In this document: in pieces, positions 37,601 to 48,932 of the stretch
Layout of the letters: every line of letters begins with the position of its first letter
Position numbering within the stretch: position 1 is the first letter of the stretch
Assembly (NCBI GenBank): GCA_002269645.1
Contig: NIVC01002766.1
Location: 78,331 to 142,330, forward strand
DNA: 64,000 nt
From: Macrostomum lignano
Taxonomy: Eukaryota
Direction: 5' to 3'
Notes under the pieces: model-generated
The model's input: the letters and a program-made list of their open reading frames with translations, nothing else
The model's database searches: none
Told to the model about the DNA's origin: nothing
Made by a program: the position numbers and the translations under genes

Positions 37601-40600
37601 GGGATATTCCAAGCTACACAATGGGATATTCCAAGCTACACAATGGGATATTCCAAGCTACACAATGGGATATTCCAAGCTACACAATGGGATATTCTAA
37701 GCTACACAATGGGATATTCTAAGCTACACAATGGGATATTCCAAGCTACACAATGAAGATATTCCAAGCTACACAATGGGATATTCCAAGCTACACAATG
37801 GGATATTCCAAGCTACACAATGGGATATTCCAAGCTACACAATGGGATATTCCAAGCTACACAATGGGATATTCCAAGCTACACAATGGGATATTCCAAG
37901 CTACACAATGGGATATTCCAAGCTACACAATGGGATATTCCAAGCTACACAATGGGATATTCCAAGCTACACAATGGGATATTCTAAGCTACACAATGGG
38001 ATATTCCAAACTACACAATGGGATATTCCAAGCTACACAATGGGATATTCCAAGCTACACAATGGGATATTCCAAGCTACACAATGGGATATTCCAAGCT
38101 ACACAATGGGATATTCCAAGCTACACAATGGGATATTCTAAGCTACACAATGGGATATTCTAAGCTACACAATGGGATATTCTAAGCTACACAATGGGAT
38201 ATTCTAAGCTACACAATGGGATATTCCAAGCTACACAATGGGGATATTCTAAGCTACACAATGGGATATTCCAAGCTACACAATGAAGATATTCCAAACT
38301 ACACAATGGGATATTCCAAGCTACACAATGGGATATTCCAAGCTACACAATGGTTATATTCCAAGCTACACAATGGGATATTCCAAGCTACACAATGGGA
38401 TATTCCAAGCTACACAATGGGATATTCCAAGCTACACAATGGGATATTCCAAGCTACACAATGGGATATTCCAAGCTACACAATGAAGATATTCCAAGCT
38501 ACACAATGGGATATTCCAAGCTACACAATGGGATATTCCAAGCTACACAATGGGATATTCCGAAGCTACACAATGGGATATTCCAAGCTACACAATGAAG
38601 ATATTCCAAGCTACACAATGAAGATATTCCAAGCTACACAATGGGATATTCCAAGCTACACAATGGGATATTCTAAGCTACACAATGGGATATTCCAAAC
38701 TACACAATGGGATATTCCAAGCTACACAATGGGATATTCCAAGCTACACAATGGGATATTCCAAGCTACACAATGGGATATTCCAAGCTACACAATGGGA
38801 TATTCTAAGCTACACAATGGGATATTCTAAGCTACACAATGGGATATTCCAAGCTACACAATGGGATATTCTAAGCTACACAATGGGATATTCTAAGCTA
38901 CACAATGGGATATTCCAAGCTACACAATGGGGATATTCTAAGCTACACAATGGGATATTCCAAGCTACACAATGGATATTCCAAGCTACACAATGGGATA
39001 TTCCAAGCTACACAATGGGATATTCCAAGCTACACAATGGTTATATTCCAAGCTACACAATGGGATATTCCAAACTACACAATGGGATATTCCAAGCTAC
39101 ACAATGGGATATTCCAAGCTACACAATGGGATATTCCAAGCTACACAATGGGATATTCCAAGCTACACAATGAAGATATTCCAAGCTACACAATGGGATA
39201 TTCCAAGCTACACAATGGGATATTCCAAGCTACACAATGGGATATTCCAAGCTACACAATGGGATATTCCAAGCTACACAATGAGATATTCCAAACTACA
39301 CAATGGGATATTCCAAACTACACAATGGGATATTCCAAACTACAAGCTCACCTTAGCCGCAGCATCGTACGCAGCCTTCAAGTCGGCCAGCTCAGCCAGG
39401 GCCTGATCTCTGGCAGCGCGTAATCCTTCAGCGAATTGGCGCTTCTCATTTAGCGCCGATTCGAATTCGGCGCGCGCTTCAGCTTGGCGCCGGTCGGCGT
39501 CCTCCATAGCGGCGGCGCAGCGCTCCCTGGTGTCGTGAGCCTCCTGACTGCCTGCTTGCCGGGCCAATTGAAGCTCTTCAACAGTGTGCGCCAGCTCGGC
39601 GGCCAGCTGATCCCGATCCTGCTCAAGGCAACGCTTCACTTCGTCTAGTTCGCGTTCTCGAGTTTCGAAGTTTTTGCGCGAATTAGCCAGCTCTGCTTTG
39701 ACCGACGCTAGGGCCGTTTTGTGCTCCTCGGCCTGCATAAGCAGCTCGGTTTGTAACTCTTTCACTCGTTCGTTGGCGCTGTCCAACTGCGATTCCACGA
39801 ACTTGTAGGCCTCTTGCATTTGTTCAATGAGCTGCAAGCGTGTGTTGTGTGTTGTGTATGGCTTAGTGACGTATGAGCCACACTTGCCCGGGTGACATGT
39901 TGGCGGCAGATAAAGTGGGATTTGCATCGAAGGAAGGAAGGGGAAACATTGTGAAGGGAGATTGTGAAGGGAGAGAGAAGGTGATAAAGAGAGGGAGATA
40001 AAAGCGAGGGTAAAGATGGTGATGCGAGGGGAAAGATGATGGAAGGGAGGGGAAAGATAATGGAAGGAGGAAGATGATAGTAGGGGAAGAAGACCAACGG
40101 AGAGGAAAGATGGTAAAGGGAGGGGAAAGATGGTAAAGGGAGGGGAAAGATGGTAAAGGGAGGGGACAGATGGTAAAGTTAGGGGAAATATGGTAAAGGG
40201 AGGTGTAGTGAGCCGCTAGTTTATGGTTAGGCGTCGCCCTTGTCAGCTGTTCCCTCGCCTTCGCCCTGGGTTGCTGTCTGCCGCTGGTCAGCTTCCCGCC
40301 CCTCCCTTTCGTCTGTCTGCTGCTGCCCTTGGCCTGTTCTGGCCTTTTGCGTCTTTGTTCTCAGCCCTTAGCTTCTCTGCTGTGGGCTGTCTCTGTTTCG
40401 TTCCCGTCCCGTTTTCCTCTGTCATGTGAGCAAGTCACATGACAGACTCTGCGTTCTTCAAGTCCTAAAGTGCAGTAAACATGTTTACTGCACTCGTTGG
40501 CCCTGTTTACCGGGTGAGTCACGTGCTTTCGGACCCCTCCCTTCTCTAAGGAGAGGAGTGACTCATGTTGCTAAAAATAGCAACTGAGTCACAGCCGCGT

Positions 40601-43600
40601 GTACTCTGGCCGGGGACCTCAAGTGACGTCAGTTCTAAAAATAGAACAAGTCACGAGGTCTTCCGCACGCTTCTACCCTGCCCAAGACTCTCGAGTGACG
40701 TCAGTTCTAAAAATAGAACGAGTCACGAGGTCTTCTGCGTGGGTGTTTCCCGGCTATAAATAGGAGCCCTCTCCCCCTTGTTTCCGTCAAGGAGTCTTTT
40801 CTGTGTCTAGTTCTGTGCTAGTCTTGTTCTTCCGTGTGATTACGTCCCGAGTGTCTGAGTCTCTGCATACATTGAGTCTGTTCGTATTGGTCTGACTGAG
40901 ACCCGACTAAAGCGCCACAAGCCTACGAGAGACTAACTCAGCCCTCCCTCTGCCATCCAAGCCCGGCAGGTACGGCTGACGAGACGCCTAGTACGTTGAA
41001 CTGCAAATCTGCACTAGGTGCTGTGTTCGTTGACTTCGTTATTTCGTTCCGACGGGAAGCTCACCTCACTGAAGGCCGAGACCTGAAGGAACTGGTGGCA
41101 GCACTACCTACGCTACTAAAGTTAAGAAGGCTTCTAATCGAGAGGACGGAGCCCAAGTCACTGCGCTGTACAGCAGGACAACCACAGGTACAACAGAGGG
41201 GAAAGATGGTAAAGGGAGAGTAGAGATGGTAAAGGGAGGGGAAAGATGGTAAAGGGAGTGGAAAGATGGTCAAGGGAGTGGAAAGATGGTAAAGGGAGTG
41301 GAAAGATGGTAAAGGGAGGGGAAAGACGGTAAAGGGAGGGGAAAGACGGTAAAGGGAGGGGAAAGATGGTAAATGGAGGGGAAATATGGTAAAGGGAGGG
41401 GAAAGACGGTATAGGGAGGTGAAAGATGGTAAAGGGAGGTGAAAGATGGTAAAGGGAGGTGAAAGATGGTAAAGGGAGGTGAAAGATGGTAAAGGGAGGG
41501 GACAGATGGTAAAGGGAGGGGAAAGATGGTAAAGGGAGTGGAAAGATGGTAAAGGGAGGGAAAAGATGGTAAAGGGAGGGGACAGATGGTAAAGGGAGTG
41601 GAAAGATAATAAAGGGAGGGGAAAGATGGTAAAGGGAGGTGAAAGATGGTAAAGGGAGTGGAAAGATGGTAAAGGGAGGTGAAAGATGGTAAAGGGAGGG
41701 GACAGATGGTAAAGGGAGGGGAAAGATGGTAAAGGGAGTGGAAAGATGGTAAAGGGAGTGGAAAGATGGTAAAGGGAGGGGAAAGACGGTAAAGGGAGGA
41801 GAAAGACGGTAAAGGGAGGGGAAAGATGGTAAAGGGAGGGGCAAGACGGTAAAGGGAGGGGAAAGATGGTAAAGGGAGGGGAAAGATGGTAAAGGGAGGG
41901 GAAAGATGGTAAAGGGAGTGGAAAGATGGTAAAGGGAGGGGAAAGACGGTAAAGGGAGGGGAAAGATGGTAAAGGGAGGGGAAAGATGGTAAAGGGAGGG
42001 GAAAGATGGTAAAGGGAGGTGAGGGGAACCAATGTAAAAGTGAGCAATAGGATCAACAATCAATTCCAGCAGATCCGCAGGCGTCACTCACAGTTTTAGT
42101 TCTCTCAAACTGCTTCTCCAGCCGTTCCACACTGGTAGTCCTATTTTTCATTTCGGTCAGCGCGGCATCCTTAGCGGCCGTCTCGGCCTCCAGTTTGCTG
42201 GCCAACTCCCGCAGCCTGTCAGCTTCAGCCTGCAGATCGGCAACCCGATCGTTGGCAGCGGAAGCCTCCAACTGAGCAGCGTCCAGTTGGAGCTCCTTGC
42301 TGGCCAGCTCCTTGCGCAAGTTGTTCATTGTAGACTCGATAGAGGCGACAGATTTCTTAGCGGCCGCTTCGCGATCGGCGGCTGCATTCTCGGCGGCCTG
42401 CTTGATTTTCTCTGCCTCTTCCAATGCCTCCTTGGAGGTGGCGTCGGCTTCAAGGCGAATCTGCAGCATCTCCATCCGCGCGATGCCCAAATCAGCGTCC
42501 AGCTTGTTTCGTTCCTCGCGAACTTTGGCGGCATCAGCTCTGGCTGCTTCCAACTCCTGTTCCAAGTAGTAGATCTTCTTCTCCGTGACGCCGAACAGGG
42601 TCTCGGCCGAGTCTGGCTCGGCCGCCGCAGCCATGGCCGAATCGTCCAATCTGGAGCTCATCTCGGCCAGCTGTTGGCGCATCTCGGCGCAACGGCGCTC
42701 GGCCGCCTCGGCCGAATCTTGGGCCTCCTTTTTGGCCTGCAACAGCCGGTTGATTTCGCTGTGGGGGGGGGGGTAGGCGGCGATGATTCTCATGCATACC
42801 GTGAGATTTTGTGATGATTCTCATGTATACAGTGAGATTTTGTGATGATTCTCATGTATACAGTGAGATTTTGTGATGATTCTCATGTATACAGTGAGAT
42901 TTTGTGATGATTCTCATGCATACAGTGATATTTTGTGATGATTCTCATGCATACCGTGAGATTTTGTGATGATTCTCATGCATACCGTGAAATTTTGTGA
43001 TGATTCTCATGTATACAATGAGATTTTGTGATGATTCTTAATGTTCTCATGTATACACTGAGATTATGTAATGATTCTCATGCATACAGTGAGATTTTGC
43101 GATGATTCTCATGTATACAGTGAGATTTTGTGATGATTCTTATGTATACAGTGAGATTTTGTGATGATTCTCATATAAACAGTGAGATTTTGTGATGATT
43201 CTCATGTATACAGTGAGATTTTGTGATGATTCTTATGTATACAGTGAGATTTTGTGATGATTCTCATATACACAGTGAGATTTTGTGATGATCCTCATGT
43301 ATACAGTGAGATTTTGTGATGATTCTTATGTATACAGTGAGATTTTGTGATGATTCTCATATACACAGTGAGATTTTGTGATGATTCTTATGTATACAGT
43401 GAGATTTTGTGATGATCCTCGTGTATACAGTGAGATTTTGTGATGATTCTCATATACACAGTGAGATTTTGTGATGATTCTCATGCATACCGTGAGATTT
43501 TGTGATGATTCTCATGTATAGTCGGTGTGATTTTGATATGCCAATTAACTATAGCCGAATACTCACGAATTAGCGCGCATCAACTCGTCAGTGAGGTGTC

Positions 43601-45828
43601 CAACGTGCTCTTCGGCTTCCCGTCGAGTACAGCTGCCCTGCCTGTTGGCCTGCAGTCGTTCCAGCGTCGCTTTCATCGCCTCCCGTTCGTGCATCAGCCT
43701 GTCGAACTCCTGCTCCAGGTAGCTGTACCGATCGGCATACCGGCTCATCTCTTGAAGCGACTCGGTCACGTGACCCAGCTGCTCGGCCTGCTCAGCTAAT
43801 CGACGATTTTCCTCTCGCAGCTCGGCCAGTTCGTTTGATTGGTGGCCGAGCTCGGACCGGCTGCGGCGGAGACGGTCTTCCAGATCGGAGCAGTCGCGCT
43901 CCCGTCTGGCCAGCTGGTTCTGCGATGCGCATGAGAATGAATAAAAATACCAACGCAAAGGTAATTCTGCCGATTCTTTTTGACTCCTGAACACATTACA
44001 TGCGCGCCAATGCTGTACTCATAGAAACGCTCAGAGCTGGTGAAGGGAGGGGAAAGATGATAAAGAGGGGTAAAGATTATGAAGGGAGAAAGATGATTAA
44101 GGGAAAGATGTTTAAGGGAGAAGAAAGATGATTAAGGGAGAAAGATGATTAAGGGAGAAAGATGATTAAGGGAGAAGAAAGATAATTAAAGGAGAAGAAA
44201 GATGCTTAAGGGAGGAGAAAAGATGATTAAGGGAGGGAAAGATGATTAAGGGAGGAGAAAGATGATCAAGGGAGGAGAAAGATGATCAAGGGAGGAGAAA
44301 GATGATTAAGGGAGGGAAAGATAATTAAGGGAGAAAGATGATCAAGGGAGGAGAAAGATGCTTAAGGGAGGGAAAGATTATTAAGGTAGAGAAAGATTGT
44401 GAAGGCAGGGGAAAGATACTGAAGGGAGGATAACGATGATGAAGGGAGGGGAAGATTGTGAAGAGAGGTGAAAGATGATGAAGTAAGCACAGCGGTGTAC
44501 AGCTCACACAGGGTGTACAGCTCACACAGGGTGTACAGCTCACACAGGGTGTACAGCTCACACAGGGTGTACAGCTCACACAGGGTGTACAGCTCACACA
44601 GGGTGTACAGCTCACACAAGGTGTACAGCTCAGGCAGGGTGTACAGGTCACACAGGGTGTAGAGCTCACACAGGGTGTAGAGCGACCCTTTGACTTTTTA
44701 ATCAGGGTGCCCACATGGGTTGTAGAAACATTAATAACAGCAAACCTGAGCATCAAGCAGCTGCTGCTCGAGCATGTCCTTCATAGTCATCTCCGACTGC
44801 AGCCGATGATTCAATTGTTGAATCGCCTCCGACTCGGCAGTCGATGCCGTCCATGTCGCCGCCGCGGAAGTTGACATAGACACCGAGCCAGCTACCGAGT
44901 TCCTCTGTCGGCAGCGTCGGCGAACCAGAGGCGAAGCGGCCAGGTGCAGCTTCAGCGGTGAGCAGGTAGCGGCAGTGGCAGCGTCCAGAGACCCGCCAGT
45001 TGGACCAGCGGCAGCAGCGGCGGCCGCAGCGGCGGAAGCAGCCGACGGGAACAGCACCCGAGCCAGTTGAGGACTAGCCGAAGACTTCTCCGCTGCTGCA
45101 CCAGGATGATCTTCATCGTCAGCGGTAGAATCCGTGTGCAAAGCTCGAAGCTGATCCAGGCTTAGGCAGCCGTCCTCGGTGTCTAACAGCTGTCGGGTTA
45201 GCGACATCACAGTGCGCTGACTGGCTGCGCCAAGGCGGTCGGCCGCGGCGGCCACGCGAGCCTGCGAGCTGCCTGTCTGCAGCCAGGCGCCCAGCAACAG
45301 CAGGCAGAGGCGCAGGGCCTGCGTGCATATTTAATCCGTTAGTTCTGAACTGACTCCCACTGACTCACAAGGAATCCCACTTACTCACTAGTAATCCCAC
45401 TGACTCATTCACTGGGAATCCCACTGATTCACTCATTAGGAATCCCACTGACCAAAATAAGCTAAACAGATCCCATAAAATCTTACCTGTAATTCGAATC
45501 CAGAATCCTGAGCCATCAGGCACTCCCAATTAACCAGTTCAACAATTCGAACCCGATAGAACGCGTCCAGGAACTCTTCGATAGCCGCAAATCGAGCCAT
45601 TGGCGTATCGATTGCAGCCGTTTGGGGCGCCGGAGCCGCGCAACAGCCGAGACTGACGCAGAGGTCGCGCAATAAGCGACCATCGGCCAAGTCTGACTCT
45701 GTTGGCGGTCTGTTGCCCTTGCCAGTGGAGGGAGAAACAGTGCCGGATAATAGCTGGCCAATCCAGGCCAACAGGCAGGACCGCCTAGCGGGGTCTACTG
45801 GGGCGGTGGTGTCCTCGTCCTGAAGCAT
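31222..45828 (-). CDS. NUMA1: Nuclear mitotic apparatus protein (NuMA/Mud-like), ~1480 aa; exons 45487-45819(45828), 44746-45318, 43567-43919, 42092-42758, 39352-39831, 36010-36396, 33849-34331, 32933-33530, 31222-31784
   Basis: All nine exons join in frame at GT/AG. N-terminal CH/Hook-like segment (LLAWIGQL...DLADGRLL), long coiled coil, and C-terminal CEDEDAHLLEWKRIAELQQRNQRQPAQLRSSYPVE, matching the recalled NuMA motif CQDEPEQLDDWNRIAELQQRNRVCPPHLKTCYPLE. Confidence 0.85.
31925..32890. repeat. Polypyrimidine low-complexity / short-unit repeat tract, last NUMA1 intron
   Basis: Almost purely C/T on the + strand. Confidence 0.92.
33638..33840. repeat. 20-bp minisatellite (CCTGACACATACCAAGAATT), ~10 copies, NUMA1 intron 7
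   Basis: Direct periodicity. Confidence 0.93.
34460..35935. repeat. 23-bp minisatellite (CTGACACATTTCTCAGCTTCATT), ~64 copies, NUMA1 intron 6
   Basis: Direct periodicity with repeated variant blocks. Confidence 0.97.
36462..39342. repeat. 22-bp minisatellite (TACACAATGGGATATTCCAAGC), ~130 copies, NUMA1 intron 5
   Basis: Direct periodicity. Confidence 0.98.
39930..42025. repeat. 20-bp purine-rich minisatellite (GGGAGGGGAAAGATGGTAAA), NUMA1 intron 4, interrupted by a solo LTR
   Basis: Periodicity at 39930-40203 and 41196-42025. Confidence 0.93.
40204..41195 (+). mobile_element. Solo LTR (~990 bp), probably Ty3/gypsy
   Basis: Begins TGTAGT and ends ACAACA, with a 4-bp GAGG target-site duplication on both sides. 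Contains a TATAAA box (~40755) and a duplicated TGACGTCA-containing segment. Confidence 0.8.
42783..43520. repeat. 31-bp minisatellite (CAGTGAGATTTTGTGATGATTCTCATGTATA), ~24 copies, NUMA1 intron 3
   Basis: Direct periodicity. Confidence 0.96.
44040..44685. repeat. Purine-rich degenerate repeat (44040-44470) plus 18-bp minisatellite GGGTGTACAGCTCACACA (~10 copies, 44495-44685), NUMA1 intron 2
   Basis: Direct reading. Confidence 0.9.
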
Positions 45829-48800
45829 TTTACAGTGTGATTAAGCTGAAGCAGGATGGGATCCCCAGTCCTGAAGCATTTTACAGTGTAATTAAGCCCA
45901 GGTAAGATGGGATCCCCAGTCCTGAAGCATTTTACAGTGTCATTAAGCTGAGGCAATATCGGATCCCCAGTCCTGAAGCATTTTACAGTGTGATTAAGCT
46001 GAAGCAGGATGGGATCCCCAGTCCTGAAGCATTTTACAGTGTGATTAAGCTGAGGTAGGATGGGATCCCAGTCCTGAAGCATTTTACACTGTGATTAAGC
46101 TGAAGCAGGATGATATCCCCAGTCCTGAAGCATTTTACAGTGTGATTAAGCTGAGGTAGGATGGGATCCCCAGTCCTGAAGCATTTTACAGTGTGATTAA
46201 GCTGAAGCAGGATGGGATCCTCAGTCCTGAAGCATTTTACAGTGTGATTAAGCTGAGGCAATATGGGATCCCCAGTTCTGAAGCATTTTACAGTGTGATT
46301 AAGCTGAAGCAGGATGGGATCCCCAGTCCTGAAGCATTTTACAGTGTGATTAAGCTGAGGTAGGATGGGATCCCCAGTCCTGAAGCATTTTACAGTGTGA
46401 TTAAGCTGAGGCAATATTGGATCCCCAGTCCTGAAGCATTTTACAGTGTGATTAAGCTGAGGCAATATGGGATCCCCAGTTCTGAAGCATTTTACAGTGT
46501 GATTAAGCTGAAGCAGGATGGGATCCCCAGTCCTGAAGCATTTTACAGTGTGATTAAGCTGAGGTAGGATGGGATCCCCAGTCCTGAAGCATTTTACAGT
46601 GTGATTAAGCTGAGGTAGGATGGGATCCCCAGTCCTGAAGCATTTTACAGTGTGATTAAGCTGAGGCAATATTGGATCCCCAGTCCTGAAGCATTTTACA
46701 GTGTGATTAAGATGAGGTAGAATGGGATCCCCAGTCCTGAAGCATTTTACAGTGTGATTTAGCTGAGGCAATATCGGATCCCCAGTCCTGAAGCATTTTA
46801 CAGTGTGATTAAGCTGAAGCAGGATGGGATCCCCAGTCCTGAAGCATTTTACAGTGTCATTAAGCTGAGGCAATATTGGATCCCCAGTTCTGAAGCATTT
46901 TACAGTGTGATTAAGCTGAGGTAGGATGGGATCCCCAGTCCTGAAGCATTTTACAGTGTGATTAAGCTGAGGTAGGATGGGATCCCCAGTCCTGAGGCAT
47001 TTTACAGTGTCATTAAGCTGAGGTAGGATGGGATCCCCAGTCCTGAAGCATTTTACAGTGTAATTAAGCCCAGGTAAGATGGGATCCCCAGTCCTGAAGC
47101 ATTTTACAGTGTCATTAAGCTGAGGCAATATCGGATCCCCAGTCCTGAAGCATTTTACAGTGTGATTAAGCTGAGGTAGGATGGGATCCCCAGTCCTGAA
47201 GCATTTTACAGTGTGATTAAGCTGAGGTAGGATGGGATCCCCAGTCCTGAAGCATTTTACAGTGTGATTAAGCTGAGGCAATATTGGATCCCCAGTCCTG
47301 AAGCATTTTACAGTGTGATTAAGCTGAGGCAATATGGGATCCCCAGTTCTGAAGCATTTTACAGTGTGATTAAGCTGAAGCAGGATGGGATCCCCAGTCT
47401 TGAAGCATTTTACAGTGTGATTAAGCTGAGGTAGGATGGGATCCCTAGTCCTGAAGCATTTTACAGTGTGATTAAGCTGAGGCAATATTGGATCCCCAGT
47501 CCTGAAGCATTTTACAGTGTGATTAAGCTGAGGTAGGATGGGATCCCCAGTCCTGAAGCATTTTACAGTGTGATTAAGCTGAGGTAGGATGGGATCCCCA
47601 GTCCTGAAGCATTTTACAGTGTAATTAAGCCCAGGTAAGATGGGATCCCCAGTCCTGAAGCATTTTACAGTGTGATTAAGCTGAGGTAGGATGGGATCCC
47701 CAGTCCTGAAGCATTTTACAGTGTGATTAAGCTGAGGTAGGATGGGATCCCCAGTCCTGAGGCATTTTACAGTGTCATTAAGCTGAGGTAGGATGGGATC
47801 CCCAGTCCTGAAGCATTTTACAGTGTAATTAAGCCCAGGTAAGATGGGATCCCCAGTCCTGAAGCATTTTACAGTGTCATTAAGCTGAGGCAATATCGGA
47901 TCCCCAGTCCTGAAGCATTTTACAGTGTGATTAAGCTGAGGTAGGATGGGATCCCCAGTCCTGAAGCATTTTACAGTGTGATTAAGCTGAGGTAGGATGG
48001 GATCCCCAGTCCTGAAGCATTTTACAGTGTGATTAAGCTGAGGCAATATTGGATCCCCAGTCCTGAAGCATTTTACAGTGTGATTAAGCTGAGGCAATAT
48101 GGGATCCCCAGTTCTGAAGCATTTTACAGTGTGATTAAGCTGAAGCAGGATGGGATCCCCAGTTCTGAAGCATTTTACAGTGTGATTAAGCTGAGGTAGG
48201 ATGGGATCCCCAGTCCTGAAGCATTTTACAGTGTGATTAAGCTGAGGCAATATTGGATCCCCAGTCCTGAAGCATTTTACAGTGTGATTAAGCTGAGGTA
48301 GGATGGGATCCCCAGTCCTGAAGCATTTTACAGTGTGATTAAGCCGAGGTAGGATGGGATCCCTAGTCCTGAAGCATTTTACAGTGTGATTAAGCTGAGG
48401 CAATATTGGATCCCCAGTTCTGAAGCATTTTACAGTGTGATTAAGCTGAGGTAGGATGGGATCCCCAGTCCTGAAGCATTTTACAGTGTGATTAAGCTGA
48501 GGTAGGATGGGATCCCCAGTCCTGAAGCATTTTACAGTGTGATTAAGCTGAGGTAGGATGGGATCCCCAGTCCTGAAGCATTTTACAGTGTAATTAAGCC
48601 CAGGTAAGATGGGATCCCCAGTCCTGAAGCATTTTACAGTGTGATTAAGCTGAGGTAGGATGGGATCCCCAGTCCTGAAGCATTTTACAGTGTCATTAAG
48701 CTGAGGCAATATTGGATCCCCAGTTCTGAAGCATTTTACAGTGTGATTAAGCTGAGGTAGGATGGGATCCCCAGTCCTGAAGCATTTTACAGTGTAATTA

Positions 48801-48932
48801 AGCCCAGGTAAGATGGGATCCCCAGTCCTGAAGCATTTTACAGTGTGATTAAGCTGAGGTAGGATGGGATCCCCAGTCCTGAAGCATTTTACAGTGTGAT
48901 TAAGCCGAGGTAGGATGGGATCCCTAGTCCTG
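45816..48932. repeat. 51-bp tandem array (GTCCTGAAGCATTTTACAGTGTGATTAAGCTGAGGTAGGATGGGATCCCCA), ~61 copies, abutting the NUMA1 start
   Basis: Near-constant part plus a core with about four recurring variants; the last unit overlaps the first codons of NUMA1. Confidence 0.98.

Noticed and set aside
46034-48709. 891-aa ORF of TVKCFRTGDPILPQLNH repeats
   Set aside because: Follows automatically from a 51-nt unit with one stop-free frame. It has no true ATG context and no unique domain, and is broken by a 1-nt deletion near 46066.
45816-48932. CRISPR-like constant-plus-variable array
   Set aside because: The variable cores are a few recurring variants rather than unique spacers; the context is eukaryotic and there are no cas genes.
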